DNA of 42,564 nt from Octopus bimaculoides. Taxonomy: Eukaryota. Both the position numbers and the translations under genes were made by a program. The stretch covers positions 16,348,738 to 16,391,301 of the forward strand of contig NC_069000.1 in assembly GCF_001194135.2 (NCBI RefSeq), written 5' to 3'. Of this stretch, positions 12,439-23,646 are shown piece after piece. How positions within the stretch are numbered: the first letter of the stretch is position 1; each line of letters begins with the position of its first letter. The notes beneath the pieces were generated by a model. The model had not been told where the DNA came from. It saw only the letters and a list, made by a program, of their open reading frames with translations, and searched no databases.

Positions 12439-12585
12439 CTTTTCTCCAGAATAAATATGGCATGAAACTCCTTTAAGAACCAGTTCCAGTCCTGGTCGAT
12501 ATCTTGTGGAGTAGTCTTTCAAGACCACCTCTCCAGCTTGTGGCCAGTTCTGATCAGGCCTGTGGTCATCCAATATCCAAGCAGC
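12439..12585 (-). CDS. ABCC1: ABCC1-like exon (AAWILDDHRP..YSTRYRPGLELVLKG..GEK)
   Basis: AG/GT boundaries, 147 bp. Confidence 0.95.
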
Positions 12586-13048
12586 CTGCATCCAAGTATA
12601 TAAAGTATTAAATAAGTGAAGCATACTAAAACTATACTGTTTCAGAAAATTTCACAAAATTATTTATATGTATGTGTGTGTATGTGTGTGCATATGTATT
12701 TATGTATGTATGTATCTGTGTATATGTGCATGTATGTATGTGCGTGTGAATATGTGTCTGTGTATGTGTATATTTATGGGTATGGGGATGCAAACAGGAA
12801 AAAATGGAACTCAAAACATGACCGTATGTATATTTTTATTAATATTTAGCAGAAGCTACAGAGTGATTCAAGGGCCAAGAGTTTTGTCAACCTTTGATAA
12901 ACGCCAACACAGGAAATTCTCTACCCATAAGTCACTCTGTTGTTTCTGCTAAATATTAATAAATATCCACCTTTCATATTCAAATGGGCTGCATGGTTCA
13001 ACAGGATCTGAGGAGGCAGAGGACTGTATTGAGTTCCAATATATACCT

Positions 13049-13083
<35 letters not shown>

Positions 13084-13159
13084 ATATATATATAGATAGA
13101 TAGACAGATATATTCATATATATAAATAATATATATACATATGCATATATACATACATC

Positions 13160-13203
<44 letters not shown>

Positions 13204-14031
13204 ATTTGAAAATCCTACACGATTAGGTGAAAAGCGCTTTATTTAATTTATAAAACATGTGACATTAATAAAAATCTGTAAATGTACAAACATCCAGATT
13301 TCTGAGTACCTTAATTTTTTTCTATATAATTTCTGTACATCACCTCCAAACCTTCCAATATATATATATANNNNNNNNNNNNNNNNNNNNNNNNNNNNNN
13401 NNNNNNNNNNNNNNNNNNNNNNNNNNNNNNNNNNNNNNNNNNNNNNNNNNNNNNNNNNNNNNNNNNNNNNNNNNNNNNNNNNNNNNNNNNNNNNNNNNNN
13501 NNNNNNNNNNNNNNNNNNNNNNNNNNNNNNNNNNNNNNNNNNNNNNNNNNNNNNNNNNNNNNNNNNNNNNNNNNNNNNNNNNNNNNNNNNNNNNNNNNNN
13601 NNNNNNNNNNNNNNNNNNNNNNNNNNNNNNNNNNNNNNNNNNNNNNNNNNNNNNNNNNNNNNNNNNNNNNNNNNNNNNNNNNNNNNNNNNNNNNNNNNNN
13701 NNNNNNNNNNNNNNNNNNNNNNNNNNNNNNNNNNNNNNNNNNNNNNNNNNNNNNNNNNNNNNNNNNNNNNNNNNNNNNNNNNNNNNNNNNNNNNNNNNNN
13801 NNNNNNNNNNNNNNNNNNNNNNNNNNNNNNNNNNNNNNNNNNNNNNNNNNNNNNNNNNNNNNNNNNNNNNNNNNNNNNNNNNNNNNNNNNNNNNNNNNNN
13901 NNNNNNNNNNNNNNNNNNNNNNNNNNNNNNNNNNNNNNNNNTATATATATATATATATATACACACACTCACATATTCTTAATTGAGCTTCCTTTTTCTT
14001 ACAAAATAAATATTAGCCAAACTCAACTTAC

Positions 14032-14133
14032 CTCAGGCGCGATATCACTGAAATCATCAATTCTCTCAATGGATACCAGACTTGTTTGGAACTCAGTCAA
14101 ATTGTACAGCATCCAGTTCAGAAAATCAGTTAT
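14032..14133 (-). CDS. ABCC1: ABCC1-like exon, TM17 (ITDFLNWMLYNLTEFQTSLVSIERIDDFSDIAPE)
   Basis: AG/GT boundaries, 102 bp. Confidence 0.93.
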
Positions 14134-14337
14134 CTATTGAAATAGAAACAAATATCAATGTGTGTGTGTGTGTGTGTGCGTGCGTGCGCGCGTGCGTGCG
14201 TGCGTGTAAAAATTAATTTACAAAGGTACCGTTAATTCTATTATTATCCGATGTCACTAGTTTAAGAATGATAATAACAGAATCAATGATACAGGCGACT
14301 GCAGGCCAAAAAATAGCATTTAAATAGCCGAGGGATA

Positions 14338-14563
14338 AAAATTAATTAAAGGACATACTAAGTATGTCTACCTGCTTGAAATAACAGTCAAAACTCGTTA
14401 ATAAATCGCCAAAAAATACACTGGTGATTACTACAGAAATCAAATGATTTCTATCAAATGATTTCTGTAGTAATCACCAGTGAATTTTTTGGCGATTTAA
14501 TAACAAGTTTTAAATGTTATTTCAAGCAGGTAGATATACTTAGTATGTCCTCTGATTAATTTT
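14338..14563. repeat. 226-bp near-perfect palindrome
   Basis: 105-bp arms (14338-14442 / 14459-14563), 8 mismatches, no indels. Confidence 0.95.
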
Positions 14564-14565
14564 AA

Positions 14566-14652
<87 letters not shown>

Positions 14653-14704
14653 CGCCGTATGTAAACAAACAAGTTTGTTTTTCAAAGTGCTGAAATGTAC
14701 GGTA

Positions 14705-14870
14705 GAACAAGTAGAAAGATGAATTTTATTCAATGCATAGATACTGAACAGTATAGATATAAAGGATAAAATCCCTTTTTCTGCTTTTAAGAAGAAAAAG
14801 GGATTTTATCCTTTATATCTATACTGTTCAGTGTCTATGCGTTGAATAAAATTTATCTTTCTACTTGTTC
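14705..14870. repeat. 166-bp near-perfect palindrome
   Basis: 78-bp arms (14705-14782 / 14793-14870), 3 mismatches, 10-nt loop. Confidence 0.95.
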
Positions 14871-15084
14871 ATATATATATATATATATATAGTGGCATAG
14901 CTAGAATGTGTACCACAAGGGATAGTACTCGGATTTGCCCCTCTCTAAAATCAAGATACACACAAAATCAGAGAGTATGCATAAAATGGCGTTCAAAAAC
15001 AAAAATAAGGTGTACCAAAGCAAACACCATAATGTACCCCGACCCCGCAAAAAAATCTCTGATGTAACCAAAATCAATATGTAC

Positions 15085-15211
15085 CTCTATTGAGAAATTT
15101 ATGCTCATGCCCACCAGTCCTCCATTGAGGGATCCTTTTGAAATAACTCCAGCTAAACCAGAGAAGAATACCAGAAATGACCCCATCAACTGAACACGCA
15201 TAGCCATCCAT
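15085..15211 (-). CDS. ABCC1: ABCC1-like exon, TM16 (RWMAMRVQLMG..GLVGMSINFSIE)
   Basis: AG/GT boundaries, 127 bp. Confidence 0.93.
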
Positions 15212-15582
15212 CTGAAAAAGAAGAAAAATAACAGAAACTAATTACCTCATTTATCACCTATTATCATCATCATCATCATCATCCTTTAACACCCGTTTTC
15301 CACATTGGCATAGGTGAGACACTTTGACCAGAGCCGGTAAACCAGAGAGCTGCACCAGGCTCCAGTCTGATTTGGTTAGGTTTCTGCAACACCAACCTCT
15401 TCCTAACACCAACCACTTTACAGTATGTGCTGGGGTTGTTTTAATGTGCCACTAGTACAGTGCTTTTATGTGGCACAGAACTCTTGCAGGTCAATCCTCT
15501 TCACATGAGGTATATTTGGCAATAACACTTTTGCTGTGGAGAACAGGATATCCCAAAAAGATAAACATTATTTTATACATAC

Positions 15583-15782
15583 CTGTTTGCCATTTTCATA
15601 TTGTAGTAGGACTTGAAGTTCTTGGTGATTCTGTTTTCAGCTTCAACCAGGAAACGTGACGTTGCTTTGTATGCTTTTATTGACACTGACCCAGACAACG
15701 TTTCACTGAAATGGTTGTATATTGGTGAACGGCTTACAGATTCAAACCTCTGCAACTGCCGAGCAGTTGGTATGTAAAAATG
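15583..15782 (-). CDS. ABCC1: ABCC1-like exon (HFYIPTARQLQRFESVSRSPIYNHFSETLSG..KMAN)
   Basis: AG/GT boundaries, 200 bp. Confidence 0.95.
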
Positions 15783-15833
15783 CTGTGGAAAGACAGATCA
15801 GAAATTATAACATACAAACAGTATACATACAGT

Positions 15834-16050
15834 CATCATCATCATCATCATCGTTTAACGTCTGCTTTCCATGCTAGCATGGGTTGGACGATTTGACTGA
15901 GGACTGGTGAAACCAGATGGCTACACCAGGCTCCAATCTGATTTGGCAGAGTTTCTACAGCTGGATGCCCTTCCTAACGCCAACCACTCCAAGAGTGTAG
16001 TGGGTGCTTTTACGTGCCACTGGCACAAGGGCCAGTCACACGGTACTAGC
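15834..16050 (-). mobile_element. Family C retroposon 3' part with (ATG)n tail
   Basis: (CAT)n-CGTTTAACGTC..CTACAGCTGGATGCCCTTCCTAACGCCAACCAC on the + strand. Confidence 0.75.
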
Positions 16051-16245
16051 ATATATATATATATATATATATATACCATAAAAATTTATGGATGATTTAG
16101 TGGAATGCTATTGTATATACAAGAAATTATTTAAACAGCTAGGTGCAATGTGATACCAAAAGGAAAATTTCAATATATAATTGACAGTGGGGTTTAGTAA
16201 TGGTGAAGCTGATATGAAATAAAAAGTAGTTTACTTAATACTCAC

Positions 16246-16556
16246 CAAGAGAAGAAAATATAGACATCCCAATGGCAAGAGAAAACTAATAAACAAAGGA
16301 ATGAAATATGAAATAGCAAACATCGTGGTAATTATACTCATTGATGATAAAATCAGATTTCGTATCTGTTCTGGCATCAGATTGTCTAACATGTCGGTGT
16401 CAAAGGAAAAACGATTTGTAATGCGTCCCAGTGGAGTGACATCAAAGAAGTGGAGAGGTGCAGCCATTATATTGGTAAGCATCCTTTCATGTAAGTGGGT
16501 GGAAGCATTGAGGAAACCATATGCAGAGATCACAGAAAAAATAATTGCTGACACAC
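16246..16556 (-). CDS. ABCC1: ABCC1-like exon (..FFDVTPLGRITNRFSFDTD..LYFLLL)
   Basis: AG/GT boundaries, 311 bp. Confidence 0.95.
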
Positions 16557-17137
16557 CTATAGAGAAACAAGGTAAAGTTTATCTATAAACACACACACAC
16601 ACACAAATATATACATATATACACACACACACAGAGTCAATTCAAATAAACAAACAATTCAAATAAGCGAATAAAAAAATGAAAAAAAAAAAAAATGAAA
16701 AAAAAAAAAAATGTGATTTGACATCTTCCTAGATTAGTAAGAGGATCACATCTCACTTGGAAGTTTTATGTATCCTCATCATAGTCAAGAGGCTTCTTTC
16801 TGCTTCCATCTGCCAAATCAACCCACAAGGCCTTGATCAGTCTGGAACCATAGTAGATATTCCATAGTATGTCATATAACCTCTTTCACTACCCACTCTC
16901 TTGTCTTCAGCTATGGTTGCTTAAGATGCTACAAACAGAAACCAATCTCTTTTAAATCGCATCTGATCACAAATTTGATGGACATGGGCATAGACTAACC
17001 TATGGCTAAATGACTATTACAGCTCCTTCTGTTTCATTTTTTTTTATCATAGCTGCAACAGCGATGGCAGCAGAAAAGAACATTTTAAATGAAACAAACA
17101 ATTTGATGAAATTCTGTATGATTGTGGCTCGACTTAC

Positions 17138-17369
17138 CTACACCTAGTCCAAAACCTCCATAACCACCAAGGTACATGTTTGTTAATTCTTTATAATGTG
17201 TTGTGTTGATATTGGAGTCATTCAACATGTAAGGATTCTCAGTCCACTCAGTTAGCCAAAAGGAAGACAGTATGTTGCTCAGGTGAATCATCAGGTTGGA
17301 AAAAAGCATAGAAATAAACAGCAAGACACCAAAAGCTTTTATGTAGTTGATGTACACCCTCACACTCAC
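17138..17369 (-). CDS. ABCC1: ABCC1-like exon, start of TMD2 (VSVRVYINYIKAFG..FWLTEWTE..YLGGYGGFGLGV)
   Basis: AG/GT boundaries, 232 bp. Confidence 0.93.
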
Positions 17370-17690
17370 CTGAAAATAGATTATTAGTTTAGTTAGTATT
17401 AAACTGCCTTTGTTCAATTTGCAGCAACAAATGAAAAAACAAAGTTACCAACAGACGTTCTTTCAAGATATACATTCTAAACAGAGGGGATTTCCTTACC
17501 AAAGTGCAATTGTGGTGGGTTGGTCATGTGGTATGCCTGGAAGACACATGGTTACCTAAAGATTTCTTCTATGATTAGCTTAGCTCTGGTCCCATGCATC
17601 AAGGCCACCCACTGCTCTGTTATAAGGACATTCTAAAGAACAGCATGAAAACCCATAAGATAAGATAAATCTTGTTGTTGTTGTTGTTGG

Positions 17691-18013
17691 CATCCTTTTG
17701 TCTCGGGAGACAATGGAGTTGCGCATAAACTAATCCAGTCTGGTTTTTACATTTTTTGTCCTCTCCAGTTTTGCACAGGCCTGGGCTAAATGTAAGAAAA
17801 TCCTGGGTAGCCCAATCATCAGGAGTCCTCTCTTGACCTTGCTGACGTAGTGCAAAGGAGTGCAGAGTATTACGTTTGGCACCAGCTTGGTTGCAGGAGC
17901 TGCCGGAAGAGTGTCGAGCTGGACACTAAACCGCCTATGGGGTTCCACTCCGGATTTCTTTGAAGGTTGTCTCCTTTCTGTAACCCTGGACAGGGGCTCA
18001 TACCAGGTACTGT
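17691..18013 (-). mobile_element. Probable RTE-derived non-autonomous retroposon with (CAA)n tail
   Basis: Minus strand ends CTCCCGAGACAAAAGGATGCC(CAA)n and contains GCAGCTCCTGCAACCAAGCTGGTGCCAAAC, resembling recalled RTE 5' UTR sequence; no RT coding sequence. Confidence 0.5.
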
Positions 18014-19141
18014 CAGCTGGGGCCAGCTGAGCCCAGGACTTGTGTCAGCCTTATTATGACCTCATCAGTGAAGCTTAGACAACTTCACTGTCCCAGTCAA
18101 AGTAGTAATGAATGTATCCCAAAGTTCTTTCAGTTTCCACCTACCAAATCTACTCATAAAGCTTTGGTCAGCCTAGAGCTATAATACAAGACACTTGCCC
18201 AAACTGCTGAGCAGTGGGACTGAACACAAGGCCACATCATTGGGAAGCAAGCTTCTTAACCACAATACCATGCCTACTCAGAAACACTATTTAATAGTAT
18301 GAATTCTGTTGGCAGAAATAATTCCAGTGGCATATTCTATAAATTTTGACAGAACTTTGGAAGTTGAATGAAGAAAGACTATGCAAACACAGAAACTTCA
18401 TCTCCCAGGTCCTACTTTCTGATACCCAAGAACCCAGGGTTTATTTACACGATAACACACTATACCTTACTTGGTAAAAAAAATATGACAAGAATAGTAG
18501 ACATATGTTCCCATGACAAGAACAGCACCTGCCCACCCCTCTGTACATTCACACTTTCTCTTGTTGTGCACTTTTTATAAGCATGCACTTTTGAACAGAT
18601 TAACAATGAAGTTTTGCATTGTTTTCTGAAGAGACAATTTCATGTCATGTATTTCAATACTTCTCAGTTTTATTTGTCATGAATCATAACTGCTAATTTA
18701 CTATTCCATTTAACTCTAGCATTTCATACATATTTCCTTCCACTTTAACATAGAGTCATAAAAAACGTTTTACATTTAATTTAACAAAACCAAAAAGAGT
18801 GTGCATATTTATGGAAGAATTTAAAAATTACATTTTTTATTTAAAAAAGTGTTTTGTGTAGACTGTAAAACCTGGTCATTGTTTGCAGATTTTTTCTGTG
18901 GCACATGCCACAAAAGTTTGCTTCAAACCACATGATTTCAGGCTCAATCCCACAGCATGGCACCATGGTCAAGCCTCTTCTACTAGAGCCCCATGGCATC
19001 CAACAACTTATGAGCAAGCGAGCAAGTGCAAATGTGTGTATGTTTGTGTCTCTGTGCTTGACATAGTGTGATAGTTTGTCAGACAAGCAGTGTCAATCAT
19101 TTCTAATATTCTGTGAAAATATGTTTGACCATGGGGAAATA

Positions 19142-19181
<40 letters not shown>

Positions 19182-19616
19182 ATGCTCTTGCAACCTTGAA
19201 CCACTCTCTCTGATTATTCTGCCATCATTTGCAATTCTATTCTCCTTCTCAAATACATTGCCTTGAGAGTACAAACAAATCACAGCATAGTGAAGACTCT
19301 ATAGCCATATATTATATAAGGCAACCTCGTTAGTGCTGGTGTCAGAGCCTTTAGTCTTGTAGAGGACATTACCACCCCACCAGTGTTGGTGTCATTATCA
19401 AATGCACCCAGTACACCCTACAAAGTGGTCAGCAAATGAGTAGAGACAATGTAGAGCCAAAGGAAGTCTTTAATCACATTAGAAGTATTCTCATTACTTG
19501 ACTCACCTTGAAATTTATTACTTTATATTTTCTTTGTAAAGAATTATTTTGTTTCATTGCTTCATTATACTCCACATTATTTAGGTATCTAGCTTTGTAA
19601 CAAATATATACTATTT

Positions 19617-19647
<31 letters not shown>

Positions 19648-19988
19648 CATACATACATACAGATAGACAGAGAGATGGACAGATAGATAGATAGATATAG
19701 ATATAGAATAGTGGTTTAGGTGTTACACTCATGCTCGTAAGATTGTGGTTTTGATTCCTGTGTGTGTTATGTTCGTGAGTAAAACACTTCATCTCCCATC
19801 GCTCCAGTCTGCTCAGCTGTAAATGGGTAACCTTGTGATGGATTGGCATTCCGTTCAGGGAAAATGTTAGCTTGCCTGTTTAGTCAATTGGGTGCTAGGA
19901 AATACATTGTGACCAGTGGTGTATAACATTTGATAGTCTAGTTGATATATGTAAGTATATATGTTCTGAATAATTCAAATCAACTCAC

Positions 19989-20061
19989 TGTCCCTTCTTT
20001 CATAGATTCCTCCTCTGTCAGCTTCTGTCCAACTGGTTCTGATATGCTGGATACGTTGCTA
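19989..20061 (-). CDS. ABCC1: ABCC1-like linker exon (SNVSSISEPVGQKLTEEESMKEGT)
   Basis: tttgcag acceptor, gtgagt donor, 73 bp; KLTEEE..G motif precedes TMD2; phases fit neighbours. Confidence 0.85.
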
Positions 20062-20210
20062 CTGCAAAATCAAAATACTAAATGTTTACTACAAGTATCA
20101 TGATAGGTACACAAGCTAAGCATGCCACCAATCCATTGAATAGGTAATAAGAAGTGATGTAAAGTGGTAGCAGAGAGACAGTTAAAATGAGAGTAAAATC
20201 AAAAGTATGT

Positions 20211-20451
20211 GAGAACACAGAAAAATGATACATACCCAGAGAACACAGAAATACTGTACATACCCACAGAACACAGAAGTACCTTACTTGACCACAGAAC
20301 AGGAATATCGTACATACCCACAGAAAACAGAAATATCATACATACTCACAGAGCACATAAGTATCATACATACCCACAGAACACAGAAATATCATACATA
20401 CCCTCAGAAATATCATAGCCACAGAATTCAGAAATATCATACATACCCACA
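20211..20451. repeat. ~28-bp minisatellite, about 8-9 degenerate copies
   Basis: Unit approximately CATACATACCCACAGAACACAGAAATAT. Confidence 0.85.
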
Positions 20452-20925
20452 TATAGACAATGATGATAGTAGACAATGAGCACAAAAAAGAAAAAAAACA
20501 GTGGAGGGATAAGTTTTAATGCTTAAAAAGAAGGGAGTCTTGATGTCTTGGACACTCGTCCTTCATCAAAAAAAGTAAAAGAATGAGAAAAGCTGTTGAG
20601 GAACATAAAATGAATAAAGTAGTTAGCAAAAAAAATACATATATGTATAAATATAATAACTTTATTAAAGCTGAAACAAATCCCACAAACTGTAACTCAG
20701 TTTCCTGTTACTGTTTGTCAGGCAGTTGTGATCATACAAGCAGTGTCATTCATTTCTAATATTTATTACAATTGTCTAAAGAGCAATGTGTAACTGAGTA
20801 ACACTTTGTAAAGATTTTTCAGCTTTAATAAAGGCATATTACTCTATCTTTGGTACTTGAGTACTATTTTTCTCACCTTGTTTTGCATTTATGCCCTTAC
20901 TTGTGTGTGTGTGTGTTTGGGTGTT

Positions 20926-20962
<37 letters not shown>

Positions 20963-21863
20963 GCATGCGTGTTTGTGTGCGTATTGGATTGTCAAATAAG
21001 TTTGTTCATTATTTTCCATCATTTTAATCCTTTCCAAAGTTATTTGAATTAATATGAAAAGATACTTTTTGCTGTTTTTTTTTGTTTTTGTAGCTCTATT
21101 CTTCCTTTACAACTTTTGTTGATTATTTTTGACATTTTGAATATATTTTACTTCTTTCCACACATATGAAAACGGAGTGCTGAGTATACAAAAATGAGCC
21201 AATTTATCTGAAAGTGAATCCATACATATATGTATGCATGTCCCTATCTTTCAGGTCAGCTGGCAATATCAGCCTTATTGCTTTTTAAAAACAACATTTT
21301 TAATGAATGTTAATATATTATATAAAATTACATACATATATACATACATACATACATACATACATACGTATGTACGATTCCATATAATATATTAACATAC
21401 ATTAAAAATCCTGTTTTATAAGGTAATAAGGCTGAGATTGTCAGCTGAAAGATGAGGATGTGAAACTGAATACAGATGCTTCAGAGCCAGTTAGTTAAAA
21501 TTTACATTAGAAAAACTTTACTTTTGAGCAGTGACTTTTATAATTTAATGCTTATATTAAATACACGCCAACAAACGTGCAAATGCGCTTATGCTACATT
21601 AATGTGTATTACAAAATGTTTTTTAGAAGTTGTGTTACTTATAGACATTTCATTATTTAAATCACTTTTGTAGAATGGTTGTGAACTGAGGATTAACAAA
21701 ACAATGATAATCCTAAAAATACCAGCATTAGCAACAACAATAACAAGAAATATAACTGCACTTCTGCCCTAAGGAAAACAAAAATTAAACATCACTTAAA
21801 CAACTTTTCATGCCAGTTTATATTTTTATAGACAGGATCATTTTATTAAGCTGTAATACATAC

Positions 21864-21939
21864 TTTATTGTAGACTGACGCCTAAAGATTCGTGCTGAAT
21901 TATGAGATATGCTGTCTGATTCACCAAATTTGTGTTCAT
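21864..21939 (-). CDS. ABCC1: ABCC1-like linker exon (DEHKFGESDSISHNSARIFRRQSTI)
   Basis: ttttcag acceptor, gtatgt donor, 76 bp; phase 1 in and phase 2 out, as the flanking exons require. Confidence 0.75.
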
Positions 21940-22029
21940 CTGAAAATGAGTCAGATATAACATCATAATTACACAATTGTTACATACCATACACACACAC
22001 ATATTCATTTCCCTTTTATGTTTTTTTTT

Positions 22030-22244
22030 TTACTTGTTTCAGTCATCTAACTGTGACTATGCTGAAGTACTGCCTTTTAGTTAAAGAAATCAATCCCAGA
22101 ACTTATTCTTTGTAAACCTGGTACTTATCCTATTAGTCTTTTTTGCCAAACCACTAGATTACAGGGACGTAAACACAGCAACATCAGTTGTTAAGCAATA
22201 ATAGAGCAGGGGGACAAAGATAGACACAGACACAAAAATGTATA

Positions 22245-22285
<41 letters not shown>

Positions 22286-22417
22286 GATGGGTATTTTTCA
22301 GTTTATGTCTACCAAATCCACTCACAAGGCTTTGGATGGCCTGAGGCTAAAGTAGAAGTGGGACTGAACCTGGAATCATGTGGTTGGGAAGCAAGCTTCT
22401 TACCACACAGCCACACC
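22030..22417 (-). mobile_element. SINE family B copy with internal (TA)n
   Basis: Reverse complement of the 35335-35760 element; similar minus copies at ~16780-16870, 18115-18280 and 18880-19000. Confidence 0.75.
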
Positions 22418-23189
22418 AGCTTTAGATCAATGAATAAGAGACATTCGACATCTTTGGCAGATTTTATATGGTGACTGAAGGAGACTAATGCGAAATACTA
22501 CATTACTTGGTCCATAGTTAGACATGCAAAACCATACAGTGCAATTTCCAGGAGATGCCATCTCTGCTCCGAGGAATCCCTGTCTATTCTGTGGACTAAC
22601 AAAAAGATACTTGATAGAATTTCTGAAAGACTATCGAGATGTCTACATGCATATAATGTACTTCTGCACAATGCAGCGAGAATGAATTTTAAGTAACTGT
22701 TAACTTAATGTAATTTTATTTTACTTTAAGGTATGGATGACTTAAATTTCCTTTAAATCTCCCCGTTCTTCTAAACACCTACTAAATATCTAACTCGCTT
22801 TGTAATTATGAATGTGCCTAACCTCGCGTGTGTGTATGCTCACATTTTTGCTAATGCTTGTATGAGCATGTGTACTCGTGCTATGCTGCTTGCCCAAGGG
22901 CGTTTTTACATCCATACTGGCTAACGGTTATTTTCAATACTTTTCTCACTGGATTAAGTGTTCGTTTCTCTTTTTGTCTTCTGCAATTTTATTTTTGGAT
23001 CTTCTATATATATATGAAGAATTTTCCTCTGTCTCTCTACAAAACGGAAAGTTGCATTATGGAACAGTCATTTTAACGAGATTTGTTATTTATTTATCAC
23101 CCGACGAGATACGTCTGCACCACCAGATACTCCTGAACCAGTTTTTGTGTGTCCCACAATGCTAGATGTGTCGAAACAATTGTTGTGAT
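22412..23189 (+). mobile_element. Penelope-like element 3' fragment (C-terminal GIY-YIG region, 3' UTR, hammerhead)
   Basis: One frame 22412-22696: HTSFRSMNKRHSTSLADFIW*LKETNAKYYITWSIVRHAKPYSAISRRCHLCSEESLSILWTNKKILDRISERLSRCLHAYNVLL..*, with a single internal TGA. Matches the recalled PLE motif W.I...A..Y.....C.LC..E..I..LN.RSE....C.H. Hammerhead fold 400 bp downstream. Confidence 0.72.
23096..23189 (+). ncRNA. Type I hammerhead ribozyme-like motif
   Basis: Stem I ATCAC/GTGAT; core CCGACGA (23101-23107); stem II GATACGTCT/AGATGTGTC; GAAA (23173-23176); palindromic stem III AACAATTGTT; putative cleavage after GTT at 23184. Confidence 0.7.
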
Positions 23190-23646
23190 TAATACTATAT
23201 TCTCGTATATTCCATCTTCTGTCTTTCATTTGTTATATATATATATATATATACACATATATATATATGCTCCAGNNNNNNNNNNNNNNNNNNNNNNNNN
23301 NNNNNNNNNNNNNNNNNNNNNNNNNNNNNNNNNNNNNNNNNNNNNNNNNNNNNNNNNNNNGTGTGTCCCTCTCTCACTTTGTGTCTGTGTTTGTCCCCCA
23401 CCACTGCTTCACAACCAGTGTTGGTGTGTTTACATCCCTGTAACTTAGCGGTTTGGTAAAAAGGAACTGATAGAGTAAGTACTAGGGTTTTAAAAAATAA
23501 GTACTGGGGTCAATACATTCGGCTAAAAATTCTTCAAGGTGCAGCCCTAGTATGGTCACAGTCTAATGACTGAAACAAGTAAAAGATAAAAGTTAAATCA
23601 AAAAACTAAATAAATCAATGGATTAATTAAATTTGTTCCAACTTGC

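Noticed and set aside
13205-13245. TTGAAAA-TCCTA..TAGGT-GAAAAGCG hammerhead-like string
   Set aside because: The core has two or more mismatches and there is no convincing stem I or III.
19141-19263. Candidate extra linker exon (..ENRIANDGRIIRESG..)
   Set aside because: In the required phase 0 it hits TAA after 15 codons, it has no good donor, and the true linker exons were found at 19989 and 21864.
20211-20451. CRISPR-like repeat-spacer array (also considered for 9649-9990 and 11645-12020)
   Set aside because: Contiguous tandem units with no unique spacers, eukaryotic intron context, no cas genes.
21245-21455. Short inverted repeat pair (ATCTTTCAG..GCTG.CAAT.TCAGCCTTATT) with a cryptic acceptor
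   Set aside because: Arms are only ~30 bp and imperfect, and the exon-like reading stops after 9 codons.
22472-22474. In-frame TGA in the PLE fragment as selenocysteine
   Set aside because: Not at an evident Cys position and no SECIS recognised; a simple nonsense mutation is more likely.
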